Positions 43,718-54,263 of a DNA stretch of 64,000 nucleotides are shown one piece after another (the stretch's first letter is position 1; each line of letters begins with the position of its first letter). The stretch is from positions 39,369 through 103,368 of the forward strand of contig JAOZFN010000006.1 of the NCBI GenBank assembly GCA_027492205.1, in the 5' to 3' direction. Under the pieces are notes generated by a model. That model made no database searches and was not told the origin of the DNA. It saw only the letters and a list, made by a program, of their open reading frames with translations. This DNA comes from Thermoproteota archaeon (GTDB taxonomy: Archaea > Korarchaeota > Korarchaeia > Korarchaeales > Korarchaeaceae). A program made the translations under genes and the position numbers.

Positions 43718-44515
43718 TTGGTCGAGGTAGTTGGCGAAATGGGCTGGCTGAAGTTCTCCATACTCGGTGAACCGGCAGGGGGCTACGGGCTGGCCATAGC
43801 CGGGTACCCCGGGGTGGCCAATGTCGGGGCAGGCGTGGTCACCTACCTCTCGGAGGAGCTGGGAGCCGAGCCGCTGGCGAGGCTTTACTCGGAGTACCTG
43901 TTCCTCCCGGGTAACGTTGCCGGCATATCGATATCCGAAGACGGCAGCTTCGAACTGCCCTCGATTGACATTTATCACACCAGAGAGGAAGTCTCGAGTG
44001 TCGGGAGACTCCTCTTGATCACGAGTCAGGTCCAGCCGGTCCCTTGGGGCCAGCTCGAGGTCGCGTCCAAGCTCTTGGGGAAATTGAAGTCCCTCGGGGC
44101 CAGCTCGCTTCTCGTCGTGACCGGCTTTGCGGATCCGGACATCGCGGGGCGGGTGCTGGCCTTTGGAACCAATTCAGACCTGCTCCAGAGGATCATCTCC
44201 GCCGGCGCCGAGGAGAAGACTCCCATGAAGTCCATAGTCGGTCTGGCAGGAGCCACTCTCGCGTCTGCCAAGCTCTTTGACCTGCCGTACGTTTCCTTGA
44301 CGGGGGTCTCCGAGACCTCGGCCCCAGACTTCAGGGCGGCAGGGGAGGTTCTGAAGATTCTGAACTCAGCCCTGGACCTTCAACTAAACTTGGGGAGCAT
44401 AGAAAGGAGGATAAGAGAGTTCGAGGAGATGAAGAGGAGCATCCTACGTCAGCTTGAGGAGCAGATATCCTCCATGACATCGACCGGTTCGGATGAGACG
44501 GGATACGTGGGGTGA
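43718..44515 (+). CDS. PAC2-family proteasome assembly chaperone-like protein
   Basis: GYPGVANVG, QVQP, IVGLAG, GVSET..PD.RAA, C-terminal GYVG. Confidence 0.85.
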   Translation: MVEVVGEMGWLKFSILGEPAGGYGLAIAGYPGVANVGAGVVTYLSEELGAEPLARLYSEYLFLPGNVAGISISEDGSFELPSIDIYHTREEVSSVGRLLLITSQVQPVPWGQLEVASKLLGKLKSLGASSLLVVTGFADPDIAGRVLAFGTNSDLLQRIISAGAEEKTPMKSIVGLAGATLASAKLFDLPYVSLTGVSETSAPDFRAAGEVLKILNSALDLQLNLGSIERRIREFEEMKRSILRQLEEQISSMTSTGSDETGYVG

Positions 44516-44862
44516 TGGCTACGCCCATCGAGAGGCTCAAGAGGAAGCTCACGATAGAGAACCTCTGGCTATACATACTCACTCTACTCAAGGACGGGCC
44601 GAAGTACCCCTACGAAATACCGGATCTCATGGAGAAGAGATTTGGCTGGAAGCCTGCGCGCGTAACGGGCTACATCGTCATGAAGAGACTCGAGATGGAC
44701 GGGTACATCCGCATAGTGAGGAGGAAGAGCAGCCAGGGGAGAGTCAGGAACTACTACGAGCTAACCGACAAGGGCAGGGAGGCGCTGAGGGAGGCAGAGA
44801 ACTTCCTGAGGGGCCTCGTGAACTCCCTCTTCGGACCGGGAGAGGAGAGTGTGGGGAGTTGA
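44512..44862 (+). CDS. PadR-family transcriptional regulator
   Basis: LWLYILTLL..GP.Y.YEI, Y..M.RLE..GYI, R.YYELT.KG. Confidence 0.88.
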   Translation: MMATPIERLKRKLTIENLWLYILTLLKDGPKYPYEIPDLMEKRFGWKPARVTGYIVMKRLEMDGYIRIVRRKSSQGRVRNYYELTDKGREALREAENFLRGLVNSLFGPGEESVGS

Positions 44863-45902
44863 GGATTTGGATAGACGTGATGACCCCCAAGCAGGCCAGG
44901 GTGTTCTCTCAGGTCTATCGAGTCGCCAGATCTAGGGGCCACGAGGTCCTCCTGACGACCCGCCTCCACGGAGAGACCACGCAGATTCTCTCTATGGAGG
45001 GGGTCCCTCACATCTCCGTTGGTAGACACGGAGGGAGGGAACTGCTCTCAAAGCTCAAGGCGTACGCCCACAGGGCCCTGGATCTAGTCGATCTCGTAAC
45101 CGAGTTTGAGCCACACGTCCTGATGAGCCTGTCCTCTCCAGAGGCAGTCAGGGTGGCATTTGGCCTTGGCGTGAGGGTGATCTCGCTGAACGACACCCCC
45201 CACTCCGTACACGTGGGGAGGTTAACTCTCCCCCTCACCGACCGCCTCGTCTACCCGGCGGCAGTTCCCGCCTACAGGTGGCTCAGTCTAGGCGCGAGGG
45301 CTGAGACGCTGAGACCCTACTACGGGGTAGACGAGGTGTCTTGGGTTCTCCCGGCCTTGGAGCGACTCCGATTTAGATGCAGAGAAGGGGGCTTGGCCGT
45401 AGTTAGACCTGAGGAGTCGCACGCGGCATATCTGACCGGCGGAGCCGGCCAAGCCAGCGTCGTTGAGCCGTGCCTCGAGTTCCTCCTTGACAGAGGGTAC
45501 AGGGTCGTGCTCCTCCCTAGGTACGATGACCAGGGTGAGTACTTTCGGAGGAGGTACGGAGATCGCGTTGTGATCCCCGACAGGGCGGTTGATCCCGTCC
45601 CCCTCTACTCCACTGCGGACGTCGTCATCTCGGGGGGCGGCACCATGTCGAGGGAGGCGGCGATGTTCGGGACGCCCGCCATCTCTCTATTTCCGCTGGA
45701 AGACCCACTGTACGTCGACGAGTTCCTTGCATCTCTGGGGCTGCCCCTATTCAGATCCAGGGATCCGAGGGACGCGCTGACTCTCCTGGGGAGAATCGTC
45801 CACGACCCCGACGAGTTCAGAGTCGACCCTCGACCCGTGCTCTCCCTACTCGAGAGCCCGGTGGAGGTCCTGCTCCAGGAGGCAGAGCGCCTAGCGGGAT
45901 GA
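44859..45902 (+). CDS. DUF354 family GT-B-fold protein (start TTG 44859; the 44493 extension is a shadow of padR)
   Basis: IWIDV.TPKQ, GHEV..T.R, SPEA.RVAFGLG, DTPH, VRPEE..A.Y, GGGTM.REAA..GTP. Confidence 0.85.
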   Translation: MRIWIDVMTPKQARVFSQVYRVARSRGHEVLLTTRLHGETTQILSMEGVPHISVGRHGGRELLSKLKAYAHRALDLVDLVTEFEPHVLMSLSSPEAVRVAFGLGVRVISLNDTPHSVHVGRLTLPLTDRLVYPAAVPAYRWLSLGARAETLRPYYGVDEVSWVLPALERLRFRCREGGLAVVRPEESHAAYLTGGAGQASVVEPCLEFLLDRGYRVVLLPRYDDQGEYFRRRYGDRVVIPDRAVDPVPLYSTADVVISGGGTMSREAAMFGTPAISLFPLEDPLYVDEFLASLGLPLFRSRDPRDALTLLGRIVHDPDEFRVDPRPVLSLLESPVEVLLQEAERLAG

Positions 45903-45911
45903 GCGCCCTCC

Positions 45912-47231
45912 CTATGGGGCCATCCTGAACCTCCTCAAGACGCTGTCCGCGAGCACGGTCAGGGGCTCACTGACCGGCGTGAGGAGTGGGTGATAGGCGA
46001 ACTCCGTGGTCAAGAGATCCTGAAGACTCATCCCACTCAGTATCGCCAGCGCGGCCGATGATACCCTCCCCCACACCTCCCTGGCACCCCAGAACTGAGC
46101 CCCGATCAGGCGTCCCTCCTTGGTGGCAACCAGCCAGGAGAGTACCCTATCCACGCCGGGGGCGAACCTCTCCAAGTCAAGCGTAGAGAGTCTGCCGGTA
46201 ACGTGCTCCAGCCCCCACCTCGTGGCTTGGGTGGCGGACAGGCCGACGCCGCCCAACAGGCGATCTCCGACGTGAATCACGTATGGAGAGAGGGCGCCGC
46301 GATACCTCAGGTCCCCCCCAACGGCGTTTCGGCCAGCTATCCTCCCCTGAACAAGGGCCGTGGAGACTAGCCCGGTGACCACGGGACGACCTGTGACGTA
46401 CTCCCTGACCTCCGCCACGTCTCCGGCGGCGTAAACTCTCGGGGCGGCCCTCATCCTGTCGTCAACCCTGATTCCACCGGTCTCCCCTACGGGTATACCC
46501 GCCTCCGCCGCCAGCTTGGAGTTCGGCCTCACGCCCGCCGCGACTATGACGGTATCCGCCTCTATCACACGGTCTCCCGCCAGAACCTCGGAGGCCCTCC
46601 CGGTGGGCCCCCTGATCTCCTTGACGGGAGACTTCAGCAGCACCCTCACGCCCAGCGAGCGCAGGTACTTGGCCACGGTCGAAGCCACCGGCGGGTCCAC
46701 CTTCCCCGGCATGAGCTGCTCCATCATCTCGACGAGCCACACATCCTTTCCACCCTTGGCGAGCGCGCCGGCCACCTCCAAACCCGTGGCGCTGCCCCCA
46801 ACGACGACTATCCGCTCTCCCATGTGCTTCAGGATGTACTCCGCATCCTCGACGTCCCAGAGGAGCCTCACCCCCTCGAGATCTAGCCCCGAGATCGGCG
46901 GCCTCGTGGGCCTGAGCCCAGTCGCTATAACGAGAGCGTCGTACTCCAGCGACTCCTGAGAGCCGTCCTTGGAGAAGTGAACCTTCTTTCCCTCCAAGTC
47001 GATCCCCTCTACCTCGGCTGATGTGATGACCTCTATACCGGGCCTCGGAACCCTGTCAACGACGCTCTCGAGAGGGATTTCCCCCGCCACCACGTAAGGC
47101 AGGGCGCACGGGTGGTAAGATGGGTAAGGGTGTCTCTCTAGGACGATCACTTCGCTCTCGGGGCTGTCCTTCTTGGCGAACCCGGCTGCTGTCTGCCCGG
47201 CCGTCCCGTTCCCGACGACGACTACTCTCAT
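45912..47231 (-). CDS. FAD-dependent NAD(P)H oxidase / CoA-disulfide reductase family
   Basis: VVVGNGTAG, SY.PCALPY redox Cys, ATG, VGGSATGLE, YAAGD, dimerisation domain AYHP. Confidence 0.88.
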   Translation of the reverse strand: MRVVVVGNGTAGQTAAGFAKKDSPESEVIVLERHPYPSYHPCALPYVVAGEIPLESVVDRVPRPGIEVITSAEVEGIDLEGKKVHFSKDGSQESLEYDALVIATGLRPTRPPISGLDLEGVRLLWDVEDAEYILKHMGERIVVVGGSATGLEVAGALAKGGKDVWLVEMMEQLMPGKVDPPVASTVAKYLRSLGVRVLLKSPVKEIRGPTGRASEVLAGDRVIEADTVIVAAGVRPNSKLAAEAGIPVGETGGIRVDDRMRAAPRVYAAGDVAEVREYVTGRPVVTGLVSTALVQGRIAGRNAVGGDLRYRGALSPYVIHVGDRLLGGVGLSATQATRWGLEHVTGRLSTLDLERFAPGVDRVLSWLVATKEGRLIGAQFWGAREVWGRVSSAALAILSGMSLQDLLTTEFAYHPLLTPVSEPLTVLADSVLRRFRMAP

Positions 47232-47255
47232 CGTCCCGCCCGTCAACACCATAGG

Positions 47256-47261
47256 TTAAAA
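47256..47261. promoter_or_regulatory. TATA box centred between divergent NADH oxidase and PAC2 genes
   Basis: TTAAAA lies about 24 nt from both ATGs (47231 and 47284). Confidence 0.6.
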
Positions 47262-47283
47262 GCCCGCATGCGTCGGCAGGGCG

Positions 47284-48072
47284 ATGCCCCACCTAGAGCT
47301 GGTCAGGGTTGCTGAGGTGAAGCCCAAGCGCAAACTGGTGCTCGTCCAGGGGGTGCCGGGGCTGGGGCTAGTTGGAAAGATTGCGGTTCAGTACCTCATA
47401 GACAACGCCGGCCCGAGGCTCGTAGCTAGGATCTTCAGCGACTATCTCCCGCTCCCCGACGGGAGCGCGGGAGTCCGCGTCTCGGACGGGGACGTGGTGC
47501 CCCCCACTTATGACCTCTACTACCTCAGCCAACCCAGCGCTGAGGTGGACTTCCTCCTCCTCACCTCAGACGTTCAACCCATTCCGTGGGGCCAGTACTC
47601 GGTTGGCGAACTCGTTCTCGACTATGCTCAGGAGCTGGGGGTCGAGGAGCTACTGACCTTCGGCGGCTATGTGCCGGGGAGCCCCGATGTGGAGGGCGTG
47701 TTCGCCGCCTCCAACGACGACTCGCTCTGGGAGAAGCTGGAGGCGGCTGGGGTGATGAGGCTCCAGGGGGGGTTCGTCACGGGTGCAGCAGGTTTGCTGG
47801 TTGGGCTGGGTCACCTGCGGGGCATCCCCAGCGCCTGCGTCTTGAGCACCACCGAGGGGCAGAGACCGGATCCCAGGGCCTCTAAGAGACTCATCCTCCT
47901 GTTAGGGAAGCTGTATGGGTTGAACGTCGATCTTTCCGGGCTGGACGAGCTGATAAAGGAGGAGGAGTCCGTGAGATCCCTGCTTGAGGAGAAGGCTAGG
48001 CAGGCCTTGGAGAGAAGGCGGGAGTGGGAGGAGAGAAAGGAAGGCGAGGAGGGTCTCCCATATCACCTGTGA
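47284..48072 (+). CDS. Second PAC2-family chaperone-like protein
   Basis: GVPGLGLVGKIA..YL, DVQP, TFGGY, VTGAAGLL, PDPRAS; ends LPYHL. Confidence 0.88.
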   Translation: MPHLELVRVAEVKPKRKLVLVQGVPGLGLVGKIAVQYLIDNAGPRLVARIFSDYLPLPDGSAGVRVSDGDVVPPTYDLYYLSQPSAEVDFLLLTSDVQPIPWGQYSVGELVLDYAQELGVEELLTFGGYVPGSPDVEGVFAASNDDSLWEKLEAAGVMRLQGGFVTGAAGLLVGLGHLRGIPSACVLSTTEGQRPDPRASKRLILLLGKLYGLNVDLSGLDELIKEEESVRSLLEEKARQALERRREWEERKEGEEGLPYHL

Positions 48073-48077
48073 GGGCC

Positions 48078-48671
48078 CTACTCCACCTTGACCTTCTTCT
48101 CCCTCACCTTGGTCCTCTTGCCCTCCCTCTTCGGCAGCCGCACCTCCAATATGCCGTTGCTGTAAGTGGCCTTCGCCCCCTCGGGCTTCACCTCGGCGGG
48201 CAGATCCACCTTAGCGCTGTAGGGCTTGGCCCTTATCGTGAGCCTCCTCTCGGTCGCCGACACGTCTATGTCCTCCTTGCTGACCCCAGGGATCTCTGCC
48301 ACGACCACGATCTCGTCCCCAAAGTCCATGACGTCGAGTACGGGCTCCCTCGTAGCTTCCTCCTCTCTCCTAGTCTCGATCTCCTCGATCTCGCTCTCCC
48401 TAACCTCTTCTCTGGTGGGGACGTTTCCGAACCTCCTTATTATCGGCTTTCCGTCGGGTCCGATGGTCATGTAGTAGCCGTATACGAATGGAGCGCGGAA
48501 CTCCATCCCGCTGGGAGTCTTGAACACCGGAAGCCTGTCCTCCAGCTCTTCTAGGTCATCGAGGGACATTAGCTCCTCCAGCTGCCTCTCCATGTCCTTC
48601 TGGACCTCTCGAATGAACCTCATGATCTCCCTAATCCACTCCTCAAAGGGGTCCCTGCTGCTCTCGCCCAT
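48078..48671 (-). CDS. hsp20: Small heat-shock protein Hsp20
   Basis: PFVYGY..TIGPDGKP.I..FGN, EP..DV, AEIPGV.KEDI, ATY.NGILEV. Confidence 0.95.
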   Translation of the reverse strand: MGESSRDPFEEWIREIMRFIREVQKDMERQLEELMSLDDLEELEDRLPVFKTPSGMEFRAPFVYGYYMTIGPDGKPIIRRFGNVPTREEVRESEIEEIETRREEEATREPVLDVMDFGDEIVVVAEIPGVSKEDIDVSATERRLTIRAKPYSAKVDLPAEVKPEGAKATYSNGILEVRLPKREGKRTKVREKKVKVE

Positions 48672-48717
48672 CGCACCGCCTCTCGGTTATGGGGGGTACC
48701 CCACCTTAACTGTTTTC

Positions 48718-51411
48718 CTAGCCCATGCTCACCGAGGGCATCACCACCGAAGTTCCGCCCCTCTTCTCGATCGTGTAGAGTGAGCTGGCGACCTCCTCAA
48801 ATTCTCCAGAGTGGGTGACAACGATCACCTGGGGCAGGTCCAGCTCTCCAATGGCTGACACGAGCTCCCTCCTCCTCTCTGAGTCGAGGTGAACCGTCGG
48901 CTCGTCGAGCAAGATGGACTCCAGCGAGGTCCCGGCCATGGCCTTAGCCAGCCCCAGCCTGAGGGAGAGGGCGAGAGCGACCTGTTCTCCACCGCTGAGC
49001 TGGCGGAAGGAAAACCTCTCACCCCCTCTGATTAGGGAGACCTCGTAGTCCTCCGACAGCTCCAGGCGGTCAAAGTCGACGCCGAACTTGGAGAGTATCT
49101 CGTTGGCGTAGTGCTCCAGCACGGGCCTCGCCGCCTCCCTGAGGGCCCTCTGTATGCCCTCTCTCCCGAAGGACCGCCTGACCTCTTCTAGCGCTCTGAC
49201 AAAACTCACCAGCTTATCCCTTTCCTTCTTCGCCTCACCGAGCGAGCTCTTCAGGCGTTTTACCTCCGCGAGCTGTCTCATGAGCTCTTCCCTCTTCCCC
49301 CTCAGGTTCTCCCTCTTGGCCACGAGTTCTTGGACCTCCTCCCTCAGGCGTGTGAGTTCTTCCAAGAGCTCAGAGTAGCGGTCCTCGTCGAAGCCAAGGG
49401 CTTCTATGCTGACGCTTATCTCGCTCAGCCTCCTCTCGATCTCATCCTCCCTCCTCTTCTCTTCGCTCAGCAGGGCGCTGAGCTTCCCCCTACTCTCAAT
49501 GCGCTCCTCAAGTTCCTTGAGCCTCCTTCTCGCCTCCTTCGCCTGCCTCAACGCCGAGTCAACGTCTCGGACCGCCGCCCCCAGCTTCGCGAGGAGTTCG
49601 TCCCTCCTCCCCCTGATCTCGTTAATCTCGTGCTTGAGGGTCTCGATCCTCGCAAGTCGGTCTTCCTCCCTGGGACTGAGTCTCTTAACCAGAGACTCGG
49701 CCGCTCCCAGCTCAACGAGCCTGTTCTGAAGCTCTGACAACCTCGCTTGGAGTTCTGCTCGACGCGCGGCCATTTCATCCCTCTTCCGAAGGTCGGCCTC
49801 GAGCGCACGCAGCTCCCCCTCGAACTCCTCTACCTTCTCAACCAGGGCCGCTCTCTCAGCTATCGCACTTTGAAGGTCTGCCTCCTCCGCGAGTCTCTCA
49901 AACTCCTCCAGGGCCTCCCTCAGTTCCGAGATGCGAGACAGCTCGGCCTCCGCGCTGCCGAACTCAGCTTTACCCCTCTCGAGTTCGGCCCTAAGCCTAC
50001 CCCTTACCCTGCTGACGCCCCCCGCGTCCAGCCGAGATCCGCAGAGGGGACACTCATCTGGGGCGCTGTCAAGCGCGCTCAGGAGTTCCTGCGGAAACTT
50101 CATCCACCCCTTGGCGTACTCGATCCTCTTCTCCAGTTCGGTGAGAGCCCTTCCCACGCGTCTTGCCTCGGAGAGGAGCCTCCCACCCTCGCGACAAAGC
50201 GAGTCGAGGTCTCCCAACCCCAGGTAGGGAGGCAGCCTCTTCAGCAGCCCTCGCAGCCTACCCTCAACCCTCTGCAGGCGCTCCCTAGCCTCTCTCAACT
50301 GGGCCCAGAGCCGCTCAGCTCTTTGGGCCTTTGCCTCCACCATCACTAGGCTCTTTGAGACGCTCTCAAGCTCAAGCGAGATCCTCTCATACTCCTTACG
50401 CAAGGCCCCCAGGCGCTCCACGTTCCTCCTCGCCTCATCCAGAGACCTCTGCTCGCGCTCTAGGCTGGAGAGCTCGGCCCTCAAGGCGTTTTCCGATCTG
50501 ATCAGCGAGTCGAGTTCCGTCAGAAGCGGCTCAAGCTCGGCGAGCGACTTTAATTCGTCAAGCCGAACTAGCTCCTGATCCAAACTTTCAAGCTGCGAGC
50601 TGATCTGGGAGATCTTCCTCCTACAATCCCTCAGGTCGAGTTCAGCTTGCTCTCTGGCCTGCGTGAGCTTCAGGTAGGCGTCCCTCAGCGCCCGCAGCTT
50701 CTTCTCCTCACGCTCGACCGACTTAAGCCTCGTCTCTAGGCTGCCCAGCCGGCCCTCGATCCCCTCAAGCTCAGCCTCCACGCTTGAGAGGTCCTCCCTC
50801 AACTGGTCCGTCGCCTTCAGCTGTCTCTCCAGGGTGGAGATCTCGCCCTCCAGCCGCTCGAGTCGCGACCTGAACCTGCCCAGCGCCTCCCCGAGGTCCC
50901 TCTCCATCCTGTCGAAGAGCTCCCCTCCCAGCAGGCGGTTTATCGTTTTCATCCGCTCGGCGGCCTTCTTTTCCAGGAAGCCGAAGATCTCCCCCTGCCT
51001 GACGTACATCGCCGTGACGAAGGCCTCTGGATTAGTTCCAAGTATCCTGGCCAGCTCCGCACTGACGTCCCTCTGCGAGGTCTGCAGCAGGCTCCACCCC
51101 GAGTCCCGCCTAATCATCAGACGCGCCTGTGGGCCTGAGCGATCCCTCTTCCGCCAGACCAGGTACCACCTGCCGCCCTGCTCGAACTCGAGCTCGACCT
51201 CCATGGAGCTGGAGCCTCTTCGAGTGAGGTCAGAGGTGACGCCCCTGAATAGCTCCGGAAACAGCGCGTAGGCGATCCCCTCCAGTAGGGAAGTCTTCCC
51301 GGCGCCGTTCTGACCGATTATTGCGTTGACCCCGAAGTCGAACACCACCTCGGTCTCCGCGTGAGACCTGAAGTTCCTGAGCCTGACTCGCCTTATCCTC
51401 AAGGCGCCCAC
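48718..51411 (-). CDS. rad50: DNA double-strand break repair ATPase Rad50
   Basis: NFRSH, GQNGAGKT, Q-loop VRQGE, zinc hook CPLCG, LSGGE, LLDEPT.HLD, VTH. Confidence 0.95.
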   Translation of the reverse strand: MGALRIRRVRLRNFRSHAETEVVFDFGVNAIIGQNGAGKTSLLEGIAYALFPELFRGVTSDLTRRGSSSMEVELEFEQGGRWYLVWRKRDRSGPQARLMIRRDSGWSLLQTSQRDVSAELARILGTNPEAFVTAMYVRQGEIFGFLEKKAAERMKTINRLLGGELFDRMERDLGEALGRFRSRLERLEGEISTLERQLKATDQLREDLSSVEAELEGIEGRLGSLETRLKSVEREEKKLRALRDAYLKLTQAREQAELDLRDCRRKISQISSQLESLDQELVRLDELKSLAELEPLLTELDSLIRSENALRAELSSLEREQRSLDEARRNVERLGALRKEYERISLELESVSKSLVMVEAKAQRAERLWAQLREARERLQRVEGRLRGLLKRLPPYLGLGDLDSLCREGGRLLSEARRVGRALTELEKRIEYAKGWMKFPQELLSALDSAPDECPLCGSRLDAGGVSRVRGRLRAELERGKAEFGSAEAELSRISELREALEEFERLAEEADLQSAIAERAALVEKVEEFEGELRALEADLRKRDEMAARRAELQARLSELQNRLVELGAAESLVKRLSPREEDRLARIETLKHEINEIRGRRDELLAKLGAAVRDVDSALRQAKEARRRLKELEERIESRGKLSALLSEEKRREDEIERRLSEISVSIEALGFDEDRYSELLEELTRLREEVQELVAKRENLRGKREELMRQLAEVKRLKSSLGEAKKERDKLVSFVRALEEVRRSFGREGIQRALREAARPVLEHYANEILSKFGVDFDRLELSEDYEVSLIRGGERFSFRQLSGGEQVALALSLRLGLAKAMAGTSLESILLDEPTVHLDSERRRELVSAIGELDLPQVIVVTHSGEFEEVASSLYTIEKRGGTSVVMPSVSMG

Positions 51412-52589
51412 CCCTCGTAGATCCTCTCGAGCTCTCTGATGAGCTCCCTGCTCCCCTTACCCTCTAGATACAGCCTGTAGATCTCTATGGCGAGCCTCCT
51501 CACATTCTCGGCAGGTATTATCTCCTCAAAGACCCTCTCAACGTCGATCTTGGGCTCTATCGAGACTTCAGCCCCCTCGAGCCTCTCGTCCAGGCGCCTG
51601 AGCCTCACGAACACCTTAAGGACTCTCTGGCCGAGGGAGTCTCTGAGGGCGTCCTGGAAGTCCTTCACGTCTCTGGGGTCCAACCTGGCGGAGGACAGGG
51701 ACACCCTGACCACCGGGGGCTTGGCCCAAGTCCCACCCGCGACCCTCGCCTCGATCTTGGAGGCCAGCTTCTCGAGCCCCCTCGCGCTGTCGACCCTCTC
51801 CCTGAAGACGAGAAACGGCCTTATCGAGCCGAGGTTCACCGGAGAAATGCTCGCCTCCTCGCCGTCGAGCTCGACGACGTAGAATCCCTTACCGTAGACC
51901 TCGAGCTTGTCGGCCTCCCGCTCCTCCACCACCTCCAGTGAGCCGGAGTAGGCTATCGGTCTCCTCTGCGACGTCCTTCTCGGAAAGTTCCTGTCGTGGA
52001 CGTGGCCCATGGCGTAGTAGCCGAAGGCCAGCCTGTCCAGTACCGTCCTGTCGATCTCCGCCTTCTGAGGCGGAACGATCGGCTTGACGGCCTGGTGGAG
52101 GATCAGCACCACCTGGGCCGAGCCCATCTGGACCCGCTTGGAGATGGCGTCCAGGGCCGACTTGAGCGCCTCCACCTCCTGCCGCGGGGTGTACGGGAGG
52201 CCGGCGACGAAAACGCCGTCGAGCCGCTCAACGGGGCGCGAGTAGCTCAGGTTCACCAGCCCACCCTCCAGCGCCTTCTCGAACAGGGGGAGGGGCGAGG
52301 ACCTGCCGCCCCCTGGCACCGGACCCAGGTCGTGGTTCCCCGCGACCGCGAAGACCCTCGCGCCGGAGTCCACGATCCTCTTCAGCCCCACGAAGGCGCT
52401 CACCAGCGTGGTCGGGGAGGGCCTGTAGGAGTCGAACAGGTCGCCCGAGAACACGACGAACTCAGGCCTGGCCTCGATCGTCCGATCCACCGTCTCGTTG
52501 AACGCCTCGAGGAAGTCCCTCTCCCTCTCCTCCAGACCGTACTGCCTCCTTCCCAGGTGGGCGTCGGCCAGGTGAACGAACCTCACCAA
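51399..52589 (-). CDS. mre11: Mre11 nuclease
   Basis: D.HLG, GDLFD, GNHD, LHQ, GHVH, YSGS. Confidence 0.94.
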   Translation of the reverse strand: MVRFVHLADAHLGRRQYGLEERERDFLEAFNETVDRTIEARPEFVVFSGDLFDSYRPSPTTLVSAFVGLKRIVDSGARVFAVAGNHDLGPVPGGGRSSPLPLFEKALEGGLVNLSYSRPVERLDGVFVAGLPYTPRQEVEALKSALDAISKRVQMGSAQVVLILHQAVKPIVPPQKAEIDRTVLDRLAFGYYAMGHVHDRNFPRRTSQRRPIAYSGSLEVVEEREADKLEVYGKGFYVVELDGEEASISPVNLGSIRPFLVFRERVDSARGLEKLASKIEARVAGGTWAKPPVVRVSLSSARLDPRDVKDFQDALRDSLGQRVLKVFVRLRRLDERLEGAEVSIEPKIDVERVFEEIIPAENVRRLAIEIYRLYLEGKGSRELIRELERIYEGWAP

Positions 52590-52595
52590 GGGGGC

Positions 52596-54263
52596 TCACC
52601 TCACCAGGTCGGCGTACCCGCCGGGGGGGCTGCCGGGACCTCGACCCCCGGCCCTGGCCCACTCCTCGGTGGCCCTGAGGCTCTCCCCCCCTCTGACCCC
52701 GCCGAACAGGTCGACCTTGACGATCGCGGGGAGCCTCACCATGGGGCCGACTATTACCGCCTCACCCACGTTCAGGGACGGGAGGTACCCGATCAGGTCC
52801 TCGCTCAGGAATTCCGTGGCCCTGCGGACGTAGGCCTGGTCCTCGGGCTCGACGACCTTGAGGATTATCTTGTTGATCATCTGGGATAGCACGTCGGGGT
52901 CGAGCCTCTTTGGCCTCTGGCTCACCAGCGTGAGCCCTACACCGAACTTCCTGCCCTCCCTCGCCACGCGCGAGGCGGCGTGCCTCGTGTAGGTGTCCCT
53001 GTCTCCGGGGATGAGTATGTGCGCCTCCTCCAAGACCACCATGACCGGGAGGGGAGGCGCGTCCTCGGGCGGCCTCCCCCCGGCCCGTCGGGCGGCGATC
53101 GCCTGCTTGGCCCTGGATAGCAGCGTAGTGAGCGTGTGCCCCACCAGAACGTCGGCGGCGTCCTCCCCGAGGGGTCCCATGTCAACCACCACGGCTCGAC
53201 CGTTGTCCAGCAGCGACACGATCTCGGGGGCGGCGGCAGAGAGGAGCGCCCTCTTGGTCTCCTTCAGGTGGGTGAGCCTCGACAGCAGGCCGTAGAGGCT
53301 GTTCCTGGCGTCCCTGTCCACCGCGAAGCTCACCCCGGGCCCCAGCGGAACGGAGCCCGAGGCCTCGCCAGCTTCGACGGCGTCCTTCACGACCTCGGCG
53401 ATCGCTATCATCCCATCCAGTATATTCCCCGGCTCCGGATCGTCCACACCCGCCTCTCTGACCACGGAATCGAGCAGGTCCCTCCCTCGGAGCGACCACG
53501 CGGCCCTCCAGAGCCTCCTCAGGTAGATGTACTGCCTCGCCGCCTTCTCGAAGTTTATGCCGAGGAGGTAGGAGAACTCCGAGAGGCTCAGCGAGTTGAC
53601 GTTGATCTTCGGATCGACGGTGACCACGCTCCCCGAGGCGCCGGGGCTAAGCGTCATGCCGCTGTATTCGGAGTGCGGGTCGAAGAGGAGGACGACCCCG
53701 TTGAGCTCCAGGACCTTCTCCACGATCACGGCCACGGCGTTCGACTTCCCTGCTCCGGTCACCGCCAGCACGGCGAGGTGTCGAGAGATCATCTCGTTCG
53801 GGTCGAGCAGGACCCTCACGTCCCCGCGGGTGAGCAGGTGCCCGATGTCCACACCGGGCCCCCGCGGCGCGAAGACCCTCCTGAGGGCCTGGGCCGGGGC
53901 CCTGTAAACCCCGGCGCCGCTGGGTGGAGGCGTCCTGGGGAGGACCAGGCCGACGTCCCCGTCTCCGCGCTCCACAACTCGCCCTAAGAGCTTGACCCTC
54001 GCCCTGGACCAGTGGGAGGGCTCTCCAACGAGCTCTATGATCCTGTCGGCCTCGGAGGCGGACAGCAGGCTCTTCCCGGAGAGCTCCCTGCTCCCACGCT
54101 CCACGTGGGTTATCATCCCCAGGATCCACGAGCCGTCCCCGTGCACCACGGCCACGTAATCTCCGATCTCCGGCACGACACCCTCCTCTGCGACGAACTC
54201 CACCTGGGAGGGGGTGGTCACCTCCACGACCGTACCCAGCCTGTCGACCTCCCTCAGACCCAC
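52596..54263 (-). CDS. herA: HerA helicase/translocase
   Basis: HAS barrel, RHLAVLAVTGAGKS, DPHSEY, EEAH, REGRKFG, SQRP. Confidence 0.95.
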   Translation of the reverse strand: MGLREVDRLGTVVEVTTPSQVEFVAEEGVVPEIGDYVAVVHGDGSWILGMITHVERGSRELSGKSLLSASEADRIIELVGEPSHWSRARVKLLGRVVERGDGDVGLVLPRTPPPSGAGVYRAPAQALRRVFAPRGPGVDIGHLLTRGDVRVLLDPNEMISRHLAVLAVTGAGKSNAVAVIVEKVLELNGVVLLFDPHSEYSGMTLSPGASGSVVTVDPKINVNSLSLSEFSYLLGINFEKAARQYIYLRRLWRAAWSLRGRDLLDSVVREAGVDDPEPGNILDGMIAIAEVVKDAVEAGEASGSVPLGPGVSFAVDRDARNSLYGLLSRLTHLKETKRALLSAAAPEIVSLLDNGRAVVVDMGPLGEDAADVLVGHTLTTLLSRAKQAIAARRAGGRPPEDAPPLPVMVVLEEAHILIPGDRDTYTRHAASRVAREGRKFGVGLTLVSQRPKRLDPDVLSQMINKIILKVVEPEDQAYVRRATEFLSEDLIGYLPSLNVGEAVIVGPMVRLPAIVKVDLFGGVRGGESLRATEEWARAGGRGPGSPPGGYADLVR

